This document shows positions 27,848-38,756 of a stretch of DNA of 64,000 nt, piece by piece (position 1 is the stretch's first letter; every line of letters starts with the position of its first letter). The notes beneath the pieces were generated by a model. The model was given only the letters and a program-made list of their open reading frames with translations. It ran no database searches and was not told the origin of the DNA. The stretch lies in sequence record MW879340.1; one strand, written 5' to 3'. The position numbers and the translations under genes were made by a program.

Positions 27848-29110
27848 GTGACTACATTAGCAGAGACCATTCGTGAAACGGTCAATCTAACGGATGACCT
27901 GATCACACTGGTGCAACGCGCTGATGTTCTGGAATCTCTAACGGGCGAACATACCGAGTTTGCTGGACTGTATGAGACGATCCGTAAAAAGATCGTCTTT
28001 ATCGCCGGCTCAATGGAATCCATTGAAGAACACGGTATCTCCCAAGAGATCATGTCGAGCATCCAAACGATGCTGCCTGGCATTGCTCCTGACATCCCGC
28101 TTAACGGGTATACCCGTGCATTGTCCGATCACAACGTGAGCTACGCCATGGAGTCCTTGGCAGCCGGTAAGAACGTGTTACTGGCCGGCGGGGTAGGCGG
28201 TTTCATTGCCATCATCCTGAAAGCCATTCAATGGTGTATCACCACGTTAAAGGCGTATTTGAAATCCCGTCGGGAGATCAACCGCGTTGGCCTGGGTGTG
28301 ACAACCGCAGCTAACCGTGTGTCGTTGAACATTGATACACCTGCCGACGTCCTGGATAAACTGGTCAAGTCGAAAGAGTTTATCAATGCGGCTAACGGTT
28401 ACAACTGGTTAATCTCTATACGTGATGACCCAGGTGCACCATTCGCCTTCGACGGTAACACCATGACCGAGTGGTGGCCTGAGCTGTCGAAAGAAATGGA
28501 GTACGAGTTCAAGGCGATCAACGCACGCTACCAGGCATTGCTGGAAGGCGAAACGTTTAAGGCTAACGTGTCTAAGGTAAAAGACTCCGCAGCGTTCTAC
28601 CGTTTCTTCAAAGCCTTACCGCAGGGCGTGGGTCGTGATGGTAAACCGTTTACCGTTGAAGCGGCTGTGGCGGATTTCAATCGTGATCCAACCATTGCCT
28701 TAACCAACCTGAACTCGCGCTTAGGTCAGATGTTCCTGTTACCGAAGATTGACAATAAGGAAGAGCTCGCGCTCAACCTATTGCGTATCGGACGCAGCAT
28801 TGAAACGTACACCATGATCGATCGTGTGGTTTACGACTCTCTGAACAACATCGAAATCAACCGTTCTTTCGATCGCCTGCATGCGGACTTCACCCAGTTC
28901 TATAAACGGGTGCAGACACAACGCTTCATGGCGCCACAGGAGATCGTGGACGACTTCGTTGCATTGGTTAATACCTACGCAGAGAAGATGAACTGTTATT
29001 CGCGTCTGATCACGGTAGTCGCATATCTTGATGCCATGTCGTATACTTCAGGGGAAGCCCTCGGTAACTTCGTGGCTAAATGGGTGGCGTTGATGGAAGA
29101 CCGGGCATAA
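27848..29110 (+). CDS. putative internal head (ejection) protein
   Basis: GTG start with AAGGAG; SME/AMES sites followed by a hydrophobic segment. Confidence 0.7.
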   Translation: MTTLAETIRETVNLTDDLITLVQRADVLESLTGEHTEFAGLYETIRKKIVFIAGSMESIEEHGISQEIMSSIQTMLPGIAPDIPLNGYTRALSDHNVSYAMESLAAGKNVLLAGGVGGFIAIILKAIQWCITTLKAYLKSRREINRVGLGVTTAANRVSLNIDTPADVLDKLVKSKEFINAANGYNWLISIRDDPGAPFAFDGNTMTEWWPELSKEMEYEFKAINARYQALLEGETFKANVSKVKDSAAFYRFFKALPQGVGRDGKPFTVEAAVADFNRDPTIALTNLNSRLGQMFLLPKIDNKEELALNLLRIGRSIETYTMIDRVVYDSLNNIEINRSFDRLHADFTQFYKRVQTQRFMAPQEIVDDFVALVNTYAEKMNCYSRLITVVAYLDAMSYTSGEALGNFVAKWVALMEDRA

Positions 29111-29156
29111 AGCACAGAGGGTTCTGCTCCTTTCGGGAGCAGAACGCCTCTTATGC
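29104..29156. terminator. bidirectional terminator, GGCATAAAGCACAGAGG family
   Basis: Convergent junction; GTTCTGCTCC/GGAGCAGAAC stem. Confidence 0.8.
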
Positions 29157-29159
29157 TGA

Positions 29160-32114
29160 TTATGCACTCAGGTTGGATTTAGAGTCTTTGTGTTTCAGGA
29201 AGTTCACGGTGATGTCTTCCATGACGGTCAAGCCACCATTGGAGGTTACATCCAGACGTTTCTTCACAGCACAACGCAGAGTCGGATCCGATACGGTCAG
29301 TACTTTGATGTCGTGGTCCGGACCAAAGCCCGCTACATCGATGTCCACGACTTCAGACGTACGATACGGTTTCAGTTCATCAGACAGATCACTGTTCGAG
29401 AAGGTCTCACGAGACAGCAGTTCGGTAATGACCGTTGGGATAGCTTTCGTCAAGTTCTCACGCAGCGAAGTATTCTTGTAGCCGGTATCGGTGAGATACA
29501 CATCCAGCGAGAATCCAACAGCCGCAGAGATTTGACGTGCTTCCTTGGCATTGGCTACGATGTCGATCACACCCAGCGTTTGCTTCGGACGGAACACGAC
29601 AACCGTTTGGTTCAGCAGTTTCGCTTTCACCACGGCCATGTCATCCACCACCCAAGTCACCAGTTGACTGATTACGTCGTTAACGTAAGTCGCATCCAGT
29701 GAGTTCGTGGAGAAGTAGTATGTGCCATCCAGGCCGACCATGTCAAACTCATGCAGGATCACACGCTGACTGATTGGGATTGGACGACCCTGATCATCGA
29801 ACTTAACGTCACCTTTATGGTAACGAATCATTGTCTGACCTTCTGCATCTAAACGCAGATCACCTTTTGAATGCAGCTTGATCGGGTTACCCTGATCATC
29901 GAAGACCAACTGCTGACGATCGTCGTACTGATACTCATCTGCCTCGTAACGCCAGAACACATCTTCTTCGTACTTCTTGTAAGCTACGTTGGATGGGATG
30001 GGGCGTGAGCGAGTATAGATGTTGTCCATCGCCGCACCGAACTTCAGCTGGTACTGTTGTTCCGTAACTACCACGAACTGACGATCCGTGTAGACGTTAC
30101 CCAGCTTCTTATCGCTGTCGGACAAGACCACGTCGTTTGGCGACTTGGCTTTCGCAATACAGTTCAGTACCGTAAAGCTACCTGACAACAATGACTTCAG
30201 CTTGGATGGCGCGTTACCGAATTGACCAAAGGCATTCAGTACCAGTTCGTGTTTCTCGGTGATATCCATGTCGGACGTTAAACGGAATTCCCAAACACGC
30301 TCACGGGATTCGGTACGACCGATGATCTTCCCGTTCAAGTATGCGTAGGTGGACTCGTTCTCTGGCATGAACAGCATTTGCATTAACACGTCAGCGTCAT
30401 CGAGGTTCTTGTAGAAATCACCCGACGTCGTGGTCAGCGTAAAGACATAGCCGTCCTTATCCTTACCAAACGAATAGTTAGCAACACCCGCTTCTACACC
30501 GATGGAGTTGTTCTCATTTAAGAACGACCGGTATTCTACCTTCGGACGATCCATGTCATAGACACGGGTCACGAACGCATCGTCATTGGTATCGAGCAGG
30601 TAATAGAATGGGCTGTACAGGTAGAGGCCGTTGTTGATCGCCACCGCCATGTCTTCCGTCTTCATTGCACGCAACTCGGTCATGCGTACGTCACTAACCA
30701 TTGTGTACACACCGTCCACCACTTCGAACAACGCGTTCGGGGTGATGGTCACACGGTTACCGTTATCAAACACCGCTGAGTTGGTGACCAGCTGTTCGAT
30801 GGTCATTTGCGTGGTAATGATGCCCGTACCGATAGATGAGGTCAGCTTCTTGTTCGTTTGCTTACCAACCATCCGGCTTGCCTGATAGATACGACTGGTG
30901 ACCAGGTCTTCTGTCTTCAGCGCATCATAACCCATGTCGGACAACGTAGCCGTTATTTGATCTGGTGTGATAGGCAGATCGGTTAAGTTACCCGCGTAGA
31001 TGACACGTTCCCGCAGAGCTTCAAATGACAGACTGTTCACACCACCGGACAATGTCCCGTTAGTCATGATGGTCTTTTCATTGAATACCGTAATTGGTGT
31101 AGAGAACTGATCCAGTTGACGGTTATCGTAATTGAAGTCCAGCCACTGTGCAGTGATGTTGGAACCATCCACCGCGGTAGGCTCAAGATACAGCGCGCCC
31201 TGTGATGTATAAACATCCACACGAACCTGACGACCAAGACCAAGGCCGTTTGCTACGTAGATTTCCGGTAAGCGAATCTCTACGGTCTCTTCCAGCACTT
31301 TCGCAGTGAACGTTAAGCGCGAGCTATCAAAGACCTGATCGCTGTGTGTAACGTGCGCCTCGGTCCAGTCAGCGTCAACAGTGGCACGTGTCCAAACACG
31401 CACATAGTAGAACTGTTCGTCGTTCAGGCTGAAGGTGTTCTTGTAGCCCGACATCGCCGTGATCACGCCGAAGTACGGCGTTGCAGTGAACTGACGCATG
31501 TTGAACATCACCGTCAGATATTCAACGTTATTGATCTTGTCCACACGCCAGTCGATCTGGTTAGTTTCCAGGTTCAGCAACGGAGTAGGCTGAGACACAT
31601 CCCACACGACCATGAAACCACCGTGCTTCATTACACGGATTTCCAGCGGATACTCCTGACTGAAGTTTGCGCCGGCTACTCCGTACTGGGAGTTACGCGG
31701 ATAAACAATCTTCGAATAGACTGAGTCAATGTCATCGTTGGAGTTCGCTGCAACCTGCACCGCACGTTGACGTACTTCATCCGCATTCATAACCAGCATG
31801 AATGGTAGTCGTGCTGGAGTACAGAAACGGTTTTTGTAATCCTCATCCGACATGTGACGATACAAGTCTTCCTGGGTATTCGCCTGCTGACGATAATACT
31901 GCGCCGTGGTGTCCGCCATCGTTTGCATGCTGGCGGTGTTCATCAGTGCCGCAGCTTCCAGCGCAAAGAAGAACGGGTTGCTGGCATCGGGGATATCAAT
32001 CTCACCGGCTTGCGCTTTGTCAAGCAGATCCAGTGCGAAGTCAACCATCAACGACGGATCGTAGCGAATGGCCATGATCTTGTCGACGGTGGTCATTGTA
32101 GATAAATCACTCAT
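29160..32114 (-). CDS. large virion protein, putative baseplate wedge (T4 gp6/baseplate-J-like)
   Basis: AAGAGGA RBS before ATG 32114; SGG.N..SFEALRERV...ITPDQI resembles the gp6/J GG.D.E..E.IR...VT..DY motif. Confidence 0.6.
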   Translation of the reverse strand: MSDLSTMTTVDKIMAIRYDPSLMVDFALDLLDKAQAGEIDIPDASNPFFFALEAAALMNTASMQTMADTTAQYYRQQANTQEDLYRHMSDEDYKNRFCTPARLPFMLVMNADEVRQRAVQVAANSNDDIDSVYSKIVYPRNSQYGVAGANFSQEYPLEIRVMKHGGFMVVWDVSQPTPLLNLETNQIDWRVDKINNVEYLTVMFNMRQFTATPYFGVITAMSGYKNTFSLNDEQFYYVRVWTRATVDADWTEAHVTHSDQVFDSSRLTFTAKVLEETVEIRLPEIYVANGLGLGRQVRVDVYTSQGALYLEPTAVDGSNITAQWLDFNYDNRQLDQFSTPITVFNEKTIMTNGTLSGGVNSLSFEALRERVIYAGNLTDLPITPDQITATLSDMGYDALKTEDLVTSRIYQASRMVGKQTNKKLTSSIGTGIITTQMTIEQLVTNSAVFDNGNRVTITPNALFEVVDGVYTMVSDVRMTELRAMKTEDMAVAINNGLYLYSPFYYLLDTNDDAFVTRVYDMDRPKVEYRSFLNENNSIGVEAGVANYSFGKDKDGYVFTLTTTSGDFYKNLDDADVLMQMLFMPENESTYAYLNGKIIGRTESRERVWEFRLTSDMDITEKHELVLNAFGQFGNAPSKLKSLLSGSFTVLNCIAKAKSPNDVVLSDSDKKLGNVYTDRQFVVVTEQQYQLKFGAAMDNIYTRSRPIPSNVAYKKYEEDVFWRYEADEYQYDDRQQLVFDDQGNPIKLHSKGDLRLDAEGQTMIRYHKGDVKFDDQGRPIPISQRVILHEFDMVGLDGTYYFSTNSLDATYVNDVISQLVTWVVDDMAVVKAKLLNQTVVVFRPKQTLGVIDIVANAKEARQISAAVGFSLDVYLTDTGYKNTSLRENLTKAIPTVITELLSRETFSNSDLSDELKPYRTSEVVDIDVAGFGPDHDIKVLTVSDPTLRCAVKKRLDVTSNGGLTVMEDITVNFLKHKDSKSNLSA

Positions 32115-32134
32115 GATGATCCTCTTGAGCATTA

Positions 32135-33202
32135 TTAAGAGAAGGAGCTCCACTGATTCGCGGACTGGGCTGGAGTGACAAGTTTACTGTCCTTCGGTAC
32201 CCACCATTCGAATTCGTTGGTGTTCATGTCGATACGCGGGTAACCCACGAAGTTGTAATACTGATACTCTTCCGGCGTCAGCTTACGGTAGAAGTTTGCC
32301 CGGTTCTCATCCTTCATCTGCGGGTTGAACATGGTGACCGTGGAATTGAAGTCCGCAATCAACGACATGGTGTTGTAACGGAACCCGACGCATGACCAGC
32401 TACAGTTGATCTGGTTGTTGGCTTTAATCAACGGCGTGTCTTTGGTAGACGAGTAGTCAAACGCGGCACCAATCGGGTTGGTGTTACAGATGGCTGCAAA
32501 CGGCGCACCGATCTTGGTGACGTACTTACAGGTCTGGTCCAGCACGATACGATAAGGGCGCATGGTGTAATCAACGTAGTTGTTGACGATCGCTTCCCAG
32601 TAAGGAACCATGTCACCCAGGTACACCGCGGACGAATACGTTTGCAGTAAATCGAGGATCATGGTGACCGGATCACCCGACACGTTACCGAATGAAGCAG
32701 ATAATTGATATGCCTCATTAAATTCAGATTGACCATCCACCATCTGCCAAGTTTCTTTACGAGCGCCTGGCGATGCAGTAAACAGATCGACCACGATATC
32801 CGGGAAACCGGTAAGTGATTCCAGCGTATTGCCTAAGATCGGAATGAAGGCCTGACTGTTATCGAACAACCGACTGTAGCGTTTTTCCGTTACCGTACCC
32901 TTGGCATCGAACATTGATCGTATAGCACCGGGGATCGTATCCGGGTTGTTTGTGGCTAACGCATACAGCTTCTCTTTCCTTAGCAGGTTATCGTATGATA
33001 AGTTAAGGATCGGCCGAGTCCAAAAGGTATAGCCCATGACGTCTCGGTTTATCGGGAGAAATGCGGCGCGGTTGCTGAACTTGTTAAAACCGTAGTAGTT
33101 GTGTGCGAGTGATGACGAGACGCTTCCGTGTCCGGCCGTGCGTGCCGCTTCATCAATTTCATTCATCCATAGGTTCGGGTTAAAGCTGCTTTCGTCGGCC
33201 AT
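32135..33202 (-). CDS. virion structural protein, possibly tail-tube-like/baseplate
   Basis: GAGGA RBS before ATG 33202; co-oriented with the wedge-like gene; fold call is inference. Confidence 0.6.
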   Translation of the reverse strand: MADESSFNPNLWMNEIDEAARTAGHGSVSSSLAHNYYGFNKFSNRAAFLPINRDVMGYTFWTRPILNLSYDNLLRKEKLYALATNNPDTIPGAIRSMFDAKGTVTEKRYSRLFDNSQAFIPILGNTLESLTGFPDIVVDLFTASPGARKETWQMVDGQSEFNEAYQLSASFGNVSGDPVTMILDLLQTYSSAVYLGDMVPYWEAIVNNYVDYTMRPYRIVLDQTCKYVTKIGAPFAAICNTNPIGAAFDYSSTKDTPLIKANNQINCSWSCVGFRYNTMSLIADFNSTVTMFNPQMKDENRANFYRKLTPEEYQYYNFVGYPRIDMNTNEFEWWVPKDSKLVTPAQSANQWSSFS

Positions 33203-33252
33203 TCCTGAGTTCCTCAAAAATCATTTATATTTGTCTCTTAAAGGAGTGACGT

Positions 33253-34428
33253 ATGTTACCAGTAGTTACTGGCGTTATCACGCTGGCCACCGCGCTGGGA
33301 TCGTTGGCGACTTGGCTGTCTCAAGCCAAAGATAAAGCTAATTCCGCCGGTGTTAATCTCGACAAGACGTTACAGGCGATTACGGCGGCAGGTAACTCGG
33401 ATTTGGTTACCTTCACCAAAGTGTGTCGCATGGAGCCTCTGGTATTACTGGATGATCGCCTGCGCAATGATCCGGTAACACCCGACCTGATGCAGGTGCT
33501 TACCAGCATCATCGCAGGTTACTATCTGCAAACCTTTGCGTTGCTCGGCCAGGTAAGTGGTATTGATGTCATCGGTACGCTTGACAAGTTAAACCCGTCC
33601 CGCACAGGGATTGGTCTGAACTCGTTTGATGCGAACGATGAGTACATTAAGAACCATAAGCTCGTCCATAATCCACTTCCGTTCTATAGTATCGGCATGG
33701 AAGCGCTACTGGATGACGCGGCTCCTCCGTCCGCCACGGGCAAAGATTCTAAAACCAGCCTGAACGTTCCGGGTAACGTTGCTGACATTTATCAGGCGAC
33801 TAACCTGGCGGTTGGTAAAATGATCAAAGCCGTTATTACGGCCGATGGTAATTCCATCGAGATCCCAATCACCATCCGCACCAAGCCGGTGACCACTGAT
33901 CCGGTTTCTATTGCGGCAACGTTGTCTATTGGTTCGACCAAGAACAACGTGAAAGAGCGCTGGCAGCGTTTCCGTGCCGGCGAGCTGACCTTCTCCAACT
34001 TTGTCTTTATGGACGACGTGGTGCAGCAGCACAAGTCTATCCTTATTAAGGATAAATCCGGCTTTTATGCTGAAGTGGTTCGTCGTGCTAACGGCAACCT
34101 GGCAAAAGGCGTGGTGACCGGCAACCTGTCCATGGCCACCAACTCTAACATCATCGTGATCACCGCACCGACTGCACAGATCGTGGCACGTGAACTCGGT
34201 GGTGAGCTGTCAGATTACAAGATCCGCGAAAGCGTGTTCAAGACTGTTCACTGCAACATTCTGGTTATTGTTAACCAGGACCGCGGTATGGTGAACTTCT
34301 ACTACCGTGGCGAAACCATGGCGAACACGGTTTCCGTGTACGATCTGAAACTGGCTAACAAAGGCAATGGGCCGGACATCATGTCCATCTTCACTGCGTT
34401 TGCTGAAAACAAAATTCCACCACTCTAA
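33253..34428 (+). CDS. internal head (inner-body type) protein
   Basis: AAGGAG RBS; GMEA site; recalled phiKZ synteny. Confidence 0.65.
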   Translation: MLPVVTGVITLATALGSLATWLSQAKDKANSAGVNLDKTLQAITAAGNSDLVTFTKVCRMEPLVLLDDRLRNDPVTPDLMQVLTSIIAGYYLQTFALLGQVSGIDVIGTLDKLNPSRTGIGLNSFDANDEYIKNHKLVHNPLPFYSIGMEALLDDAAPPSATGKDSKTSLNVPGNVADIYQATNLAVGKMIKAVITADGNSIEIPITIRTKPVTTDPVSIAATLSIGSTKNNVKERWQRFRAGELTFSNFVFMDDVVQQHKSILIKDKSGFYAEVVRRANGNLAKGVVTGNLSMATNSNIIVITAPTAQIVARELGGELSDYKIRESVFKTVHCNILVIVNQDRGMVNFYYRGETMANTVSVYDLKLANKGNGPDIMSIFTAFAENKIPPL

Positions 34429-34441
34429 GGGAACGGGTTGA

Positions 34442-35344
34442 ATGAACATCATTGAATACGCCAAATCAATCTTTTCAGGCGGCGTTGAAAAACGTGATCT
34501 GCTGAGCGAAGTTGATCGTTTAGAAACTGAACTGACCAAGTTCACGCTGAGCGGTTACAAGCAGGCAGTGGGCATGGGTCTGAAGGCAGATGGTCCTAAC
34601 TACTACTGCAAGCAGATCTCTCGCCTGTACGAAGCAACGCGTAACGAAAACCGTCTGCGTGCGGCTGATGCCATCGAAGGTACGTTCATGAGCCTCAACC
34701 AACTGACCCTGACCATTCCGTGGTTGCGTAAGCAGTTGGAGAAAGAAGCTAAGCAACGTATCGCACCGGAGAACCTGGATTTCAAAACCGCAAACTTCTT
34801 GCGTTACATTGACTCCATCGACTTCTTCCTGCGCTACTCCCGTTCGATGCTGCTGGTTGTTACCAGCATTAAAGCATCCGGTAACGAAAGCGGTTACCAG
34901 CTGGACAAGCAAGTGCTGATGTCTGAAGCGAAGTTCCTCGCAGAAACCGCAGGCTTCTTTACTTATCTGATCGGCCTGTTCTCACAGCCGGTGCAGACCA
35001 CTGAGAAGCTGTTTGATTCTGTACCGACCGTTGTGGTCTCTGAAGCTGACGAAGCGGCTGTGGCCGCCGTGCTCGGTGATAAGGTCAATGCGTTCCGCAA
35101 TGGCTTCATTCCGAAAGAGTTCAACGTCTTCTTCCTGTACGGTAAACGTCGTGCTGAACGTCGTGTGGCGCGTCTGCGTGCCGCAGAAGCATCGGCCCAC
35201 GCTATCGAGCTGACGCTGAACAAACTGCAAGAGCAGAAGGCCGGCGGTTCAGAAGACCCTACCCTCGATAAACAGATCAGCTACTACACGAACGTGTTGA
35301 ACAAGCTGAACTACGAAATCGAGACCATCAACGGCGAAGCGTAA
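34442..35344 (+). CDS. internal head protein
   Basis: Operon context; C-terminal coiled-coil-like helix. Confidence 0.65.
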   Translation: MNIIEYAKSIFSGGVEKRDLLSEVDRLETELTKFTLSGYKQAVGMGLKADGPNYYCKQISRLYEATRNENRLRAADAIEGTFMSLNQLTLTIPWLRKQLEKEAKQRIAPENLDFKTANFLRYIDSIDFFLRYSRSMLLVVTSIKASGNESGYQLDKQVLMSEAKFLAETAGFFTYLIGLFSQPVQTTEKLFDSVPTVVVSEADEAAVAAVLGDKVNAFRNGFIPKEFNVFFLYGKRRAERRVARLRAAEASAHAIELTLNKLQEQKAGGSEDPTLDKQISYYTNVLNKLNYEIETINGEA

Positions 35345-35353
35345 GGGGCGGGT

Positions 35354-35884
35354 ATGTCTAAAGTCAGTACCGGCGCTGATGCGATCTATGATACCGGTTT
35401 TACGTCTCATGCTCCACGGTCAAACGTGAAGTTTGAAACCGACCCGGACGTCATTAAGCTTTATCGCCAACAGATTGCCAATCCTGCGGTTATGGGCAAC
35501 TGGAACTATCGTGAAGCGGTGCTGGAAGTAACAGCGCGCCTGATGTTCCCGTTAGCCCCGTGGGTGATGGCACAACGTGCTAACAGCATGCATTCTAAAC
35601 ATGCTCTGCTGTTCGTGCGTGACATTGCTAAAGTGGCGCTGGGTGGCTGTCGTGACATGTCCGTGAAAATGCGCATGGACCTGATGACCGAAGCCGCTGT
35701 GGTGTCTAACCCCATTAACCTGCGCGGTGACATGGATAAGCTGAACTCTTATATCCCGATCCAACTGATCGAAGAGCTTCGCGACTACGACAATGGCCGT
35801 GCACTGGCCAACTTGACTGATACCCCGGAGAAACTCCGTGAGATGGTTCAGTCATTATATGTCATGTTTGGTACGGGTCGTTAA
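35354..35884 (+). CDS. putative virion protein
   Basis: AAGGGG RBS; operon context. Confidence 0.65.
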   Translation: MSKVSTGADAIYDTGFTSHAPRSNVKFETDPDVIKLYRQQIANPAVMGNWNYREAVLEVTARLMFPLAPWVMAQRANSMHSKHALLFVRDIAKVALGGCRDMSVKMRMDLMTEAAVVSNPINLRGDMDKLNSYIPIQLIEELRDYDNGRALANLTDTPEKLREMVQSLYVMFGTGR

Positions 35885-35920
35885 GACCCGCATCATCTAT
35901 CTATCTAAGAGGAAACGGTA

Positions 35921-37405
35921 ATGAGTTCATTTATCCTTGACAGCCTGCTCGGCGACGGCCTGGAAGCTTTCGACGATTCCGCGGCTGCACCGGTAACAGC
36001 AACCCCCGACGGCACGCCTGCCGCAGTACCGTCTGTTGACGTGACTGTCTGTGAAGAAGAGATCGCTGTTGTTGAAGCCGCTACCGACGCGGTGAAAGCT
36101 GAAGCTCAGCTGATTGACACCATCGTAGAAGTCGAAGCCACTGAAGTCCTGCTCGATGCACAGACTGAACTGGTTGTTGAAACTTCTGCGGTTGTTGCGT
36201 CCATGGAAAGCTTCATCGGTGCGCCGATGTCTAAGCAAGATGCGCTGGTACTCGCAATGCGCGTTACCCAGGCGACCCGTGGTCAGTACGTTGGTACTCG
36301 CGTTGTGGGTTCTGTTGAATCCTTCGGCACTGACATTGCAACCGACGACGCCATGAATGCTGGCCTGGAAGGCATCGGTGAATTCCTGGAAGCCGCCCGT
36401 AACAAACTGTCCGGTATCACTGCGGTGATGCGTGCAAAAGTTAGCGCCTTCTTCAAAGACGCTTTCGTTAACTTCAGCAAAGTCTCCCAACGTGCTGCGG
36501 CCGTTGAGCGTCTGGCTAAAGGCACTACCGGCGAATCCAACTCCTCTGCTATTCAGCTTCCGCTGGATACTGCATGGCAACTGGTGCGCGATGGCAAGGT
36601 TGTAACCAACTTTGCTAAAGAAGTGGCTGATCTGGCGAAGATGGCTGAAGTCATCATGAAAGACACCACTGAAGAACTTGCCGCTGATCGCCGTAAGTTC
36701 ATCGAACTGGTAAGCCCGCTGGCAACTGCCGACCTGGATACCGCTCGTGGTATCGCGAAGAAAATCGTTGACTGGAAGATGCCTAAACCTGGCTATGCTA
36801 AGGTTAAGCTTCAGACCCCTTCACGCACTACCGACGTATTCCGTTCTGAAGTGCTGATGGGTGACCAGGCGATCTTCGTTTCCGTGCCGCTGGACATGAG
36901 CTCTCCGAACGACAGCCTGAATACCCGCCTGGATAAAATTTACGGCGCGTATCGCGTGCTGGACGTCGCTACCCGTGAAGTCGGTAAGAAGCCGAACAAA
37001 CTGGACCTGGCGCTTGACACGCTGAAGCCGGCTGAGATCGTGAAGATCACTGAAGCGGTACAGGCTGTGCTGGGTGACATCAAAGTGTATTCCAAATCCT
37101 GGAACGCATGGGACGAAGCCAACACTGACCTCGACCGCCTGATGAACATCCTGGTGAACGTCGAGTATGAAGGCGACGACGAAACCTACGAAGGCACCGT
37201 GACCACGCAGTACGGCTCTACGGTTTACACCAATAAGCTGAACTACCGTTTGGCTGACTCGGTGTGGTATGTGAATGCCGCGTACGGCTACATGTCTACC
37301 CAGCCTATCATTCAGGTTGCTAAGCGCCTGATCGTCGTGCTGAACCGTATCCTGGAAGTGTGCGAACGCTCCCTGGCAACCTACAGCGACAACAACCTTA
37401 AATAA
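35921..37405 (+). CDS. internal head protein, paralogous family member 1
   Basis: GLEAF, SMESF, SVESF, GLEGI sites; acidic Ala-rich propeptide. Confidence 0.75.
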   Translation: MSSFILDSLLGDGLEAFDDSAAAPVTATPDGTPAAVPSVDVTVCEEEIAVVEAATDAVKAEAQLIDTIVEVEATEVLLDAQTELVVETSAVVASMESFIGAPMSKQDALVLAMRVTQATRGQYVGTRVVGSVESFGTDIATDDAMNAGLEGIGEFLEAARNKLSGITAVMRAKVSAFFKDAFVNFSKVSQRAAAVERLAKGTTGESNSSAIQLPLDTAWQLVRDGKVVTNFAKEVADLAKMAEVIMKDTTEELAADRRKFIELVSPLATADLDTARGIAKKIVDWKMPKPGYAKVKLQTPSRTTDVFRSEVLMGDQAIFVSVPLDMSSPNDSLNTRLDKIYGAYRVLDVATREVGKKPNKLDLALDTLKPAEIVKITEAVQAVLGDIKVYSKSWNAWDEANTDLDRLMNILVNVEYEGDDETYEGTVTTQYGSTVYTNKLNYRLADSVWYVNAAYGYMSTQPIIQVAKRLIVVLNRILEVCERSLATYSDNNLK

Positions 37406-37416
37406 GGAACGCCGGA

Positions 37417-38754
37417 ATGCAGATGTCAGTTCTTGATATACTGCTTTCCACTGGAGTGGAGGGGTTTAACACCCCTCCTTCTTCTTTCGTGGAAGCAACG
37501 CCGGTTGAAGTTATCAAAACTCAAACGGCTATTACCAATTCCTTGGCCGAAGCAGCACTTGCTGAAACCGACTTAAAAACAGCCCAACAAAACATCGCTG
37601 ACTTAACCCGTCTGGGCGGTGGCCTGGAAGGGTTAATGATCGAAGTGACCCGTGTCGAAAATAAAAACGACCCGACCACTGAAGAACTTGCCGCACTCCG
37701 TGTTGCCGCAATGTCTGTCCGCCGTGATCTGCTCAATGAAGACGAACGTCGTCTCGTTGATGAGCTGGCTGAAGGTCGTCTGGAAGGGTCTGTAGAAGGC
37801 CTGGGTGATCTGCTGAAAAGCGTGAGTACTAAACTCGGGTTTGCGGTAGGTAATTTCTGGGATGGCGTGAAACGTAACTTTAGCAGCGGTAAATCAGCAC
37901 TGGACGGTTTGGATCGCAAACTGGAAGATCTGATTGGTCGTGTGCGTAATTTGCCTGACGTTCCGTTTGAGCGCGTGCTGAGCAAAGACGATGCAGTCAT
38001 GTTCATGCTGAACGACAAGGTTGATCCTAAAGCTGTGGCGGCTGATATCGTTGGTGCGGTGGAAGATTGGTTCTATCGTCCGATGAACGTTCTGCTGTAC
38101 CGTATTGCCAAACTGTCTGACCACCTGCGGCTGACCATGGCGACCAAAACCGAAGAAGAATACCTCTCGGTTATCGAGTCAGAAGCTGCACTGTACGCAA
38201 CCCCAATTCCAGAAGGCGCTAAGAAAGTTGATGTGGTTAACGGTAAGCACTACATCTTCGATCTGTTCGACGTGCACTCGTCCTACGGCGGTCGTCAGCG
38301 CACTGTGTATGCTGCACGTCCTAACCCCAACACCCAGCTGAACAGTCCGCAGTATGATAATGCTGCTGCCACGGGTGTATCGTTTGTATCGATTACGCTG
38401 CTGCGTGGTATGCGTGCAACACCAACCAAAGTAACGCTGACCAAAGAAGATTTGCTCAACATTCTTCTGCAACTTCAGCGCGCGGTAAAAGAACTTGCTG
38501 TGTACCTGAAGAACCAGGATGCGATTGGTAAAGCTTATGGTGATTACTGTCGCGCAACCGGCGGTTACCAGGAATTCCAAAAGAATACCTTCGTAACCAA
38601 AATGGTACTTCACCGTACGAGCATTCAAGCATCGGCCATTCTGTCGCTGTTTGAAATGACCTGCCCGCCTGTTGGTGCCATCGCTAGCGACCTGGATCAA
38701 CTTGCCAGCATTATGAAATCATTTGTGTACAGCTCTGATCTGAGCAAGGGGTAA
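37417..38754 (+). CDS. internal head protein, paralogous family member 2
   Basis: GVEGF, GLEG, SVEGLG sites. Confidence 0.75.
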   Translation: MQMSVLDILLSTGVEGFNTPPSSFVEATPVEVIKTQTAITNSLAEAALAETDLKTAQQNIADLTRLGGGLEGLMIEVTRVENKNDPTTEELAALRVAAMSVRRDLLNEDERRLVDELAEGRLEGSVEGLGDLLKSVSTKLGFAVGNFWDGVKRNFSSGKSALDGLDRKLEDLIGRVRNLPDVPFERVLSKDDAVMFMLNDKVDPKAVAADIVGAVEDWFYRPMNVLLYRIAKLSDHLRLTMATKTEEEYLSVIESEAALYATPIPEGAKKVDVVNGKHYIFDLFDVHSSYGGRQRTVYAARPNPNTQLNSPQYDNAAATGVSFVSITLLRGMRATPTKVTLTKEDLLNILLQLQRAVKELAVYLKNQDAIGKAYGDYCRATGGYQEFQKNTFVTKMVLHRTSIQASAILSLFEMTCPPVGAIASDLDQLASIMKSFVYSSDLSKG

Positions 38755-38756
38755 TC

